Assembly (NCBI RefSeq): GCF_020745735.1
Contig: NC_083404.1
Coordinates: 80,537,731-80,601,730, forward strand
DNA length: 64,000 nucleotides
From: Hemiscyllium ocellatum
Taxonomy: Eukaryota
Direction of reading: 5' to 3'
Made by a program: the position numbers and the translations under genes. The first letter of the stretch is position 1; each line of letters begins with the position of its first letter. Below, piece by piece: positions 54,669 to 64,000 of this stretch. The notes below the pieces were generated by a model. It was not told the origin of the DNA and searched no databases. It saw nothing but the letters and a program-made list of their open reading frames with translations.

Positions 54669-55458
54669 CAATAAGTCAGTTTCACGGTAGTGTGTGGGGG
54701 AAGTTTGCACTGATAGGAGGAGAAATTTCTTTATTCAGAGCTCTACCATAGACAATGGAAACCAAGTCACTTAATAAGTTTTAAGAAATAGATTTCCTAG
54801 GAGGTTAAAAGTATCGGGGGTACAGGGAAAGAGGAAAAGTATGACTGACAGCATTAGTGATGGTCATTTTGAAAAGTATAAACGGGTTTGACGGGCTGAA
54901 TAAGGTATTTCAGTTCGTATTTTCTCAGCTTGTTTAGTAAAATAATTAGTTGCATACCTGGATAGTTTGATGATAGCTAAAGTAACGTTCGCCTTATGAT
55001 CATAGGAACAATCGGTTTTCGCTTTCAGAGTTTGATCGGAGCGAACAAGGAAACTAAGATCTTCTGGACGCAATAAGTCGATCAAAAACACGATCTCAAA
55101 TAATCTCTAGGTACCTTTAAAACATTATTTAAGTAATATCGTTTTTGCTACTTGCGATACTGTCCTTTACTCTTGCACCGAAAATGTTGCTGGAAATAAA
55201 GCATCAGATGCGAAATTGGAGTTTTTAAAAAATTAAGTTAAATCCGTCCATGCGGATGCAATACCAACCGGCTGGCCTGAGAGGAGGCTGTACAAGGTTC
55301 ACTGAGCACGTATAACTAATTTATCCGGCAGGCTTAAAATTTAAAATTTCAATTTATTTTCACGGTCGAGCACAAAGACAATACGGCAACACAACAAAGC
55401 CTCATAATATTATCAACATTTTAGAATGTGAGTTATTTGCTAACACACTGAATCCCAC

Positions 55459-55490
55459 CTGAAAGTTCTTCCTCTTCACTCTGCACACAA
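55459..55490 (-). other. MCM4: Probable non-coding exon 1 of MCM4 (5' end uncertain)
   Basis: CAG|GTGGGA donor just downstream of the E2F site; the ATG exon has its own acceptor, so an upstream exon is required. Confidence 0.55.
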
Positions 55491-55819
55491 CTTTTCCCGC
55501 CAAGGCTGTCAGCTGACCACCAATCCGCGCGCTTCGCCCGATTCGGAAGGATCTACCCCAAAAGAATTATGGGGGTGGAAGAAAGAATAAGGAAGGGGGA
55601 AAAAAAAGCTGGGAATGCAAGTTTAGAAATCGTATTGCAGGAAGGGTTTTACATCACATATATAATCATACACTAAATGTTTATTGTGTGTGAACTGCTT
55701 GGAATCATTTTGAGAATTGTTGATGAATGTTTAGTGTCTCCAACCTCCCCCCCCACCCCAGCGGGGCGGTGGAGAGGGCGGGTTTAGAACGCTGTGCCGG
55801 CAGGGTTCGCACTGGCACA
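55490..55819. promoter_or_regulatory. Bidirectional MCM4/PRKDC promoter: E2F site TTTCCCGC (55493-55500), CCAAT box (55520-55524), GC boxes (55763-55782)
   Basis: The motifs lie between divergent first exons, with local CpG enrichment. Confidence 0.75.
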
Positions 55820-55997
55820 ATGGCTGCTGGAATGCGGAGATATGGAGCTGGTGTGGGGCTCGAGGTGGAGAGACGGCTGCAGCAACTCGAGCAGCTGCTG
55901 TCAGCCCAAGACAGCAGGAGTGCAGCAGTGGAGTCACACAGTATAGTCGCCAACCTGACCCATGACCTTCTGCACAACACTCATGAAAGCCGGCTGG
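55820..55997 (+). CDS. PRKDC: PRKDC (DNA-PKcs) exon 1
   Basis: MAAGMRRYGAGVGLEVERRLQQLEQLLSAQDSRSAAVESHSIVANL aligns with mammalian [38 protein letters not shown]; phase-1 donor G|GTGGGT; head-to-head with MCM4. Confidence 0.85.
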
Positions 55998-57683
55998 GTG
56001 GGTAGAGACAGGCCGCTGGTTGAGGCGCTTAAGGTTTGCAAAAGTTTTTCTCCCCTCCCCCGGCCATTTTGGAGGACGCTTGCATCCCTAGAGCAACTGA
56101 CCAGGACAAGGAGGAGTTAAAAACCGCTGGTTCTTTGTACGTTCCCCCAGCGCCACCTTCAATTTGTTCCTTCATCACCGGGATACCGTTTATGGTCTTC
56201 CGGCAATAAACCGAGTTGGCAGCCCACTGGCGAAGTACAGACTTAGCTATTATATACTTGTAAAAAAAGGTGCTTACACTCCCAATTAGTTATGGGAGAT
56301 GTAGACATAGATTTTTCCCAAGGCCAGATTAATATCGTTGCTGAAGCATAGATGAGAATTGCTTGTTGATGAGACCCTGCGAAATTCCCTGCAGGAGATC
56401 CAACCAATTTCCTGGAAAAAAGATTCTGCTCAGTAATTCACGCCCACTTGGAAACTTCTGCAAATATAAGTTTTAATTAGAGGGTTCCGATTTCGTTACG
56501 TTAATAGCTGTCGAACAAAAGATACGCTAGTAAAACCTATTTAACATCTCGCTATTCAGCTTACTCCACACTGTCCTCGAAAATCCCCATCATACCTCTT
56601 GCAATCCCTCCCTTCCCCACCGTGAGACCTTACACCCTGTCCTTAAACAGTGTCCCTTACTGTCAAAGAGGTTGCATGTGATGTTTAACATGGAACTTTC
56701 AGAATATGGCTGCTGGATGCACTTAAAATGTGGACATGGATGGCTTCCTTGAACTGTTCTGCACAACTAGAGTGGCAGAACGGTTCCACGTTTCTGAACT
56801 CTGATCGGAAACTGCTGTCAGAAATGCAGAGCTTTCGCTGCGTAAACAAGGAGCAGTGCAATAACAATGCGTGTGAGATTGCCACTCCCCAGAAGATTAG
56901 CCACAGTTGACAGTACAATTAAAGACAATGATTGTTTCATCACCAGATTCAGGCTTTCAAATTGCGCATGGGTGTATTTAGATTTATTTCATTTTATTAT
57001 CCTAAAATTACTTCTGTTTATGGCAGAAAAGTGGAAAAAGTTAGTTTTTAAAATTTGCATTTGTCTCAGTTGTAGGAGTGAAACAAAAAGGGCCAAAACA
57101 AGTTTATAATTCGTTAGATAACTGGCTTCCAAGTCTTTTTGTCAATATGTTATGAAAGGTATAAGTGGTTATGGTGTTTTGTTTGATGTATTTTCTGAGT
57201 CAGCTTCAAAGTAACTTTATGGATATTGACCTTTGTTTACCATGTTTGTCAGATTCTGGAATTGTAATGCATTGAGGTAACAAAAAAGCCAGCAATTATT
57301 TTAATAATATTTAAATTGTCTGTCTATTGAATGATCAAAATACCAGTGAACTGAGGACTTGGTGCTAAATACATGAATTACACCGGTCTGAATTGAGTAG
57401 ATTATAGTTGTCAACGTTGCGAAGATAGTTTTTCATCAATTGTCTGATATATGTTTAGGAGGTTGGTATTCCCAGAAGTTGATCATGTCGTATTGAATTA
57501 GTTTCTATCATGTGTTAACCAAGGCAGAGATGCTACACCGAAATAGTAAATGTTATTCTTTCTTGTCAAAAATTAAGTGGTAGTATATTATTTCATAGAA
57601 TCCTGACAGTGTGCAATTTAGCCCATTGAGTCCACACTGACCCTCCAAAGAGCATTCCACCCAGATCCATGTCTACCTTTATC

Positions 57684-57858
57684 ATGATGTGGAGGAGCCA
57701 GTGTTGGACTAGGGTGGACAAAGTTAAAAATCACAAAACCAGGTTATAGTCCAACAGGCTTAGTTGGAACCATTTGCTTTTGGAGCACCAGTCCTCCGAA
57801 AGCTAGTGCTTCCAAATAAACCTGTTAGACTATAACCTGGTGTCATGATTTTTGACTT
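57684..57858. mobile_element. Short inverted PLE insertion (family B) inside an HE1-like SINE (57595-58020, -)
   Basis: Near-perfect TSD tctacctt(t)atc at 57672-57683 and 57858-57868; tailed copy on -, tail-less copy on +, inversion point in hammerhead stem II. Confidence 0.85.
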
Positions 57859-59879
57859 CTACCTTATCTCTATAACCGTACATTTCTGATGGCTAATTCC
57901 CCTAGCCTTCTCGTCCTGGGTAACTTAGTGTAGCTAATCCACCTAAGCTCCAAATCTTTGGGCTATTTGAGGAAACTAGAGCCCTGGAAGAAACCTATGC
58001 AGTTAAGGGTAGAATGTAAGTCCCTTCTGTGAAATAATTCTGTGAAATAATGTGCCTTCTGAAAGAACATTTCAATATAAAAGGTTTGTGTAGTCTGTTG
58101 CGATGTGTAAAGTTTTCATGTTGGCTCATCTTGATTTACTGATGGAGAGGGTACTAAATTAAAGCCAGCACATCCACAAAGTGGAGGTTGAAAATCCAAG
58201 GCCCCTTGTCCCCAGACTACATTCATGTTCCCATTGATGTTATGCTCATGATAATATGAGGGGTCTGGAAGTGAGTGACATGCAGGTTTAAAGGCTGAAT
58301 AGTGGAACTGAGCAAAATTTCAGGTTAAGACGAGGTTGTCAAATGAGAAATCTGGCAGAAAAAAATGAAGTTGAAATTTTCATTTCAATTTTGAAATAAA
58401 GAATTATAAAAGAAGAAACAACTTATTGTGTCCAACTCTTGTTCTTTGTTAATTCATTGCATAATTTAAAAAAAACCTGGTCCTTCTGTTTTCCAATTAT
58501 TGACAATGCTTCCCTACACTGAGCTTCCTAGCCAACACTTTGTCCAGCCACGTTTCTACCCCAAGCTACCTTACTCCTCCAGGTACTTTGTGTGGGAATT
58601 GTTATTGTGGCCCTGCTGTCACTATATACTAAGTCTAGTTGTTAATTCTCATTCTGTGGACTTCCTTTGCACCATGATTTCCACGGTCTATTGATAGCTT
58701 TGTTCCACAGCATAGTTTACATTTCCTGGGGATCTAAAAAGACACAGGCTTGACTGTACTGAGGTATAGCTAGTCATTGGCAGTGTTTTGACTTTCAAGA
58801 TACCACATCTCCCTTTCCATAGGGATCATTCTTTGTCAATGAGGATGAAATAAATCCCAGACTAAATTACCACCTCCCAAATCATCCTATTTAACTCCCT
58901 TATTCTGATGTTCAATATGTTATAGGAGGAGGTTACAGACTTAATTTCAAGATAAAAATTGTACACTCAGCTGGCTCAGCCACTAAGCCTTCCTTTTTCA
59001 GTCTTGATTCTTCAGTGTTTTATCTAAGTTCAGAATTTTGAGGCAAGGTTTTGTTTTGTGGGTCATTGTCCATGCACTGTGATGGAAGCAGTAACTTGAT
59101 GTGGATTGGCTACATTAGCTCAGTTGTGACCAAAGTACATGTAGAATTATGTATTGCAGGCCCATCAGCACACAAGATCCTGTAGTCCACTTGATGGATA
59201 CATGGAGTACCTCCGTTGGTATAGCTAAATCAACTTTGAGAGAAAAAAATAAAAGGTTGCAGCTACTGGATCATAAGTTTGGAGTATATAAAGTATCCTT
59301 CTATAAGGTGATATGTTGCTGTAGCTATGGCCAGGTGGGCAGTAGAGAGGTCTACCCTCAAAAGTCTCTCAGGAATGGTGACCCCTGGTCTGCCACTGGG
59401 AGGCTATTTCCAGGTAGCTAATGTGCTTCGGTTGCTGTCAGAGTCCTGAGGCTGACTGAATATTTCTGCCTCCTTTTCCTTTCCTTCTACCTGAACTGGC
59501 CTCTGGCAAAATGGCTGAATCTAGCAAATAGGCTTGCCAAGTAATGATGGGTATTACAACGTACCTCCCTCTGCCAGTCTGTTTGCGTTCTCATATCAGG
59601 CTGAAATCCCTGTCCATATCGCTAAATAGCATTTCCACATCTTATGTTTATCTCAAAGATACAATTCTTTGTCCCTTGATCCAGTCATCACTCAATTGTC
59701 ACCACTGAATGACCCTACCTCCTCATAATTGTCAGAACTACTGTAAGTAGCTCCTTTGATATGGACACAATTCCCCTCCTTTTTTAAAGTCTAATCACTT
59801 ATCTCTTCAAAGAGTCCTCTTGATTGTTCCATCGTAAATTATTTAAACAGACGGTTGAAAATTTGTAGTAAAGAAGATG

Positions 59880-60690
59880 ATTAGAATGCAGAAGGATATA
59901 TGTAGTTGAGTGAGTGGGTAAAATTATGACAGATGGCATGTGATGTGTGAAAATGTCAAGTTGTTCACTTTTTAGCAGGAAGAATTAAAAAAAACTATTA
60001 TTTAGATGGAGAATGATGGCAGAAATCAGAGGTGCAGGGGGATTCATGTCTTTAAGTAGATCAATTGCAAACGGCTGTTATGCTAGTGCAACATATAATT
60101 GAGACGGCTAAATGGATGTCATGTGAGGACTAGAGAGCAAATGTGAAGATGTGACACTTTATACAGGACATTGAGATGATTTTTCGCTTTTGTTTAATTT
60201 AGTCTTGTTTAAAGAAGGATGAAATACATTGGAAACTTCACAGGAAGTTTACAATGGTGCATTTGTAGTTTTCAATATTGATATTTAGAATCAGTGAACA
60301 GTAGGTTGGACAGTCTGAGCTTGTTTCCACTAGAATTTGGAAGCATGAGAAGTGACTATCTTAAAATCCTGAATGGTCTTGACAAGGTGGGTGTGAAAAA
60401 AGATATTTACTTTTGTGGATGAATCCAGAATTGGAGGCAGTATTTTAAAATTAGAGGGCATCCTTTTGCAAAGAGATGCAAAGAACTTTTATGGGTGAGG
60501 TTGTGACTTTGAAATGCAGACTCAGAAGGCAATAGAAATGAAGTAATTGAATAAAGGCAGTGATTGATTCCCCTCTGTAACAAGAATCTAAGAGTAGATG
60601 GGACTATGGAATTCAATACACAAATAGGCTATCTTATTGAATCAGCCCGAGGACTGAGTAGTCTCCTGCTATTTCCTATGTTTATGTGAC
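59880..60690 (+). mobile_element. Old CR1 LINE 3' fragment
   Basis: Degenerate WQM/KCQVVHF and 3' UTR similarity. Confidence 0.6.
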
Positions 60691-61224
60691 TTGTTACCCC
60701 TCGAGTTCTCTATTTGAATTCCTTCATTCAGGCTTTCACGGTGCTCAAAACTGAGATTATGTTGATCTGTGACACCAATCACCCTTGTAGTTTGTCACTA
60801 TAGTTAACTCTAAATTTGTACATTATTTGGTTTTGTTAACTGCTCCATTCTCATCCATGGTCCACTACCACAACCAGACTCACTTGTTCACTTCTTATCC
60901 TGCTCTAATGCAAGCAGCATTTTCCAGCAGTATCTTTTTCCCTCTTCCTCCTTGGACATTATCATCTCTGAAATAATCTATGTTTGATCATTGGTTCCTT
61001 CCTTTTCTCAGTTCCTGCATGTATGCTACTCAGTCAAAATCTTCTATGCTGTTCTCTTTTTCTATCATTGCAGTGATTGGTTATGGACATTGAATTATGG
61101 ATGCCAGTTTCAGAGGAGGGGGTGTGCTGTGTTTGACAGGGTTGATTGTTAAGAGGTTGTTTCCTCTTGTTGGAGCATCTAAGACGAGAGACCACAATCT
61201 CAGAGTAAAGGGTTGCCCTTTAGT

Positions 61225-62400
61225 TCATAGATGGTCATGCAGCATGGGAACAGAGCCTTTGGTTCAACTAGTCTACGTGAGCCATGTTCCCAAACTAAAT
61301 TAGTCCCACTTGCCTGCATTTGGCCCATATCCCTCCAAACCTTTCCTATTTGTGTAGTCATCCAAATGTCTTTTAAATGTAACTGTACCTGCATTCACCA
61401 CTTCCTCTGATAGTTCATTTCACACAGGTCACTACTGTCTTATCAAAAAAAAGTTGCTCCTCGTCCTTTTTTAAAACATTCTCATCCCACCTTAAAAATA
61501 TGCCGTTTAGTCTAGAACTCTCCCATCCTATGAAAAAGACCCTTTCTATTCACCTTACAAACCTCTGAGGTCTCCCCTCAATCTCTTATGCTCTGGTGGG
61601 AAAAAAAGTCTCAGCCTGTTTTTTATCTCAAATACTCCACTCCTGGCAACATCCTGGTAAATCTTTTCTGAACCCTCTCAAAGTTAATAATATGGCAGGG
61701 CAAACCATATACACAGTACTCCAGAAGAGGCTTCACCAGTGTCCTGTACAATCTCAACATGACATCCCAACTCCTATGCTCAAAAGATATGAACAATGAA
61801 GGCATGTGTGCTAAATGCCGCCTTAACCGCTCTGTCTACCTGTGATGCAACTTTCAAAGAACTACGAATCTGAATCTTTAGGTCTCTCTGTTTGACAATA
61901 TTACCAGGGATCTACCGTTAAAACAAGGGCAGGGCTTATGTAATTACCAAACTGCAATACCTCACATTTACCCAAATTGAACTCCATCTGCCACTCCTTT
62001 GCCCATTATTCCAATGATTAAGATCTCTTTGTAATCTTAGATAAGCCTTCTTTCCTGTCACTTTGGTAAAACAAGGGTGGGGCTGTAACGAGGAGGGGAA
62101 AGTTTTAGTGTCATTTGTAAACTTACTGTGATTTCTATATTCTCATCCAAATCACATACAAATGGCAACCAAAGTGGACCCAGTACCAATCCCTATGGAA
62201 CATCACTGGTTACAAGGCTCCAGTTCGAAAAACAGTTCTCCATCATGGCCCTCTGTCTCCTATCATCAAGCCAATTTTATGTCCTGTTGGCAATCTCACC
62301 CTGAATCCAATGTGATCTAACTTTACTAATTAGTTTACCATACACAACCTTGTCAAAAATGTTACTGAAGTTCATGTAAACCACATCAACTACTTGCCCA
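61225..62400 (-). mobile_element. CR1 LINE (RT to 3' end)
   Basis: RSWDVMLRLYRTLVKPLLEYCV...ERVQKRFTRMLPG (ORF 61623..61805). Confidence 0.85.
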
Positions 62401-62454
62401 ATTTTGTCTCTGAGGGTAGTGAATCTGTGGAATTCTTTACAGCAAGTGGAGGCT

Positions 62455-62795
62455 ATGGCCTAGTTGCATTATTGCTGGACTGTTAACCCAGAGGCCCAGG
62501 TGATGGTCAGGGGATGTGGGTTCGACTCCTGTCGCAACAGATGGAAGAATTTGAATTCAATAAAAATTTGGAATTAAGAGTCTAATGATAACTATGAATC
62601 CATTTTTGATTGTTGGGAAAATCCATCCTGTTTACTAATACCCTTTAGAGAAGGAAACTGCCATCCTTACTTGGTCTGGTCTACATGTGACTCCAGACCC
62701 GTAGCAATGTGATTGGCTCTTAACTGTCCTCTGGGCAATTAGGGATGGGCAATAAATGCTGCCTGACCAGCGATGCCCTCAACGAATTAAAAAAG
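62455..62795 (+). mobile_element. Full-length SINE of the second family
   Basis: tRNA-like head (tggcctagt...gggttcgactcc), shared core, A-rich end. Confidence 0.7.
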
Positions 62796-63739
62796 AAGGG
62801 GTTGTAAAGGTTAGATCATTAAGTATATTTGAGGCCAGGATTGAAAATCTATCCACAATGGAGTCAAGGTTTATAGGGAAATGGCAGGAGAATTTTGAAG
62901 ATTTACACATCTATAATCTCATTGAATTGTGGAACAGACTCAATAGGCTGAATGGCCTACTTCTGAATCTTTGTTCTGTAGTTCTATTAGCCAGCCTTGT
63001 ATCCAATATAATAGTGTGACAACAAAGTAGATCTCTTTGGCGCCATCAAAAACTATCCACTGAGATAACCCTGTCCTTCACAGTTACTCACTCCTTTGGT
63101 GGTGGTAAAGCCAGCAATTGTTTCAGTCTTGTCCTGCGGGCCACACTCAGTCAACTTTTTTTTCTCTTGTACTTCTCTGCTATTTTCCTAATTCTTCCTT
63201 TTGTCATATATCTAATCACCTTTACTATGACCAGGGCCAGTATGATATCTTGTAAAACACCATTAAAGGATCCACTGCAGTTTTTCACTGGTTTCATATC
63301 CGTCTTGCTCTGCAAGAGGCCACTGGGAAATGTGAGAGTGGCATAAAATGGAAGAATGAGATTTCCCCTTTCTGCTGGGAAAGTGCTACCATATTCCATT
63401 CACTGTCTGCAGTCAAAATGAGAGTCTGGGAACCTGGATTCTAATCCATGTTATTTCATTATGTGGCAGAGGCTAATGATTCAGTTTTGGTGTGACATTT
63501 CAGCTTTTGTGGCTGTACTGAATTTGGTAAACTCATTTCATTCACGCTTTGAAATGTATCAACAGCTGTTTTTTTATAAATGTATCTATGCAATTCTTGT
63601 TGAGGTGAGGAAACAATGGACAGGTTGAGACATTTGATGTGATGTTTATGGATAGAAGAGTAGTGAGGCTCGGAATTGACAGCAGACAATCTGGTTCGGT
63701 TGTTTTCCATTGCTAGTTTTGATTTAAATTGGCTCCAAG

Positions 63740-64000
63740 AGATGTTGTGAAACTTGAAAGGGTTCAGAAAAGATTTACAAGGATGTTGCCAGGGTTGGAG
63801 GATTTGAGCTATAGGGAGAGGCTGAACAGGCTGGTGTTGATTTCCCTGGAGCGTTGGAAGCTCGGGGGTGACCTTATAGAGGTTTACAAAATTATGAGGG
63901 GCATGGATAGGGTAAATAGCAAAGTCTTTTCCCTGAGGTCAGGGAGTCCAGAACTAGAGGGCATAGGTTTCGGGTGAGAGGGGAAAGATATAAAAGAGAC
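63740..64000 (+). mobile_element. Young CR1 LINE fragment running off the window edge
   Basis: DVVKLERVQKRFTRMLPGLEDLSYRERLNRL...GDLIEVYKIMRGMDRVN. Confidence 0.92.

Larger units (their letters stand above)
52940..54900 (+). mobile_element. Old CR1 LINE with a nested younger CR1 3' end (~53378-53952) and a PLE mini-insertion
   Basis: Collinear RT remnants on both sides of the inserts; the younger copy ends in catctctatgact. Confidence 0.75.

Noticed and set aside
58490-61060. Very old Penelope RT remnants
   Set aside because: Only faint resemblance by eye; no translatable motif is solid enough to call.
56000-64000. PRKDC exon 2
   Set aside because: No LQTSLVFS...RKSL-like exon with splice sites was recognised; it probably lies beyond the window.

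Overview
Eukaryotic (vertebrate) genomic DNA, very likely a cartilaginous fish (inferred from the shark-type CR1 LINE, tRNA-SINE and Penelope repeat landscape). It carries the conserved PRKDC<->MCM4-UBE2V2 block. MCM4 is complete on the minus strand (16 coding exons, 2592 nt, 863 aa, plus a probable non-coding first exon) and lies head-to-head with PRKDC exon 1 (+). UBE2V2/MMS2 is complete on the minus strand (4 exons, ~19.5 kb intron 1) and unusually diverged. The left edge holds the first coding exon of a probable CLC-family channel gene. Introns and intergenic DNA are filled with CR1 LINE fragments, SINEs, an RTE fragment, an L1/Tx1 fragment, a solo LTR and a Tigger-like element. The most notable signal is a set of Penelope-like element (PLE) 3' ends from at least four families. 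Each family carries a minimal hammerhead-ribozyme motif (CUGANGA-stemII-GAAA-palindrome-UH). These ends are repeatedly inserted as TSD-bounded head-to-head inverted pairs with one tailed and one tail-less end, and their breakpoints cluster at the ribozyme. One insertion contains a ~713-bp, ~98%-identical inverted duplication that includes ~480 bp of host flank and shows a filled/empty site for a 96-bp ribozyme-bearing mini-element. Repeat boundaries are approximate unless TSDs are given.
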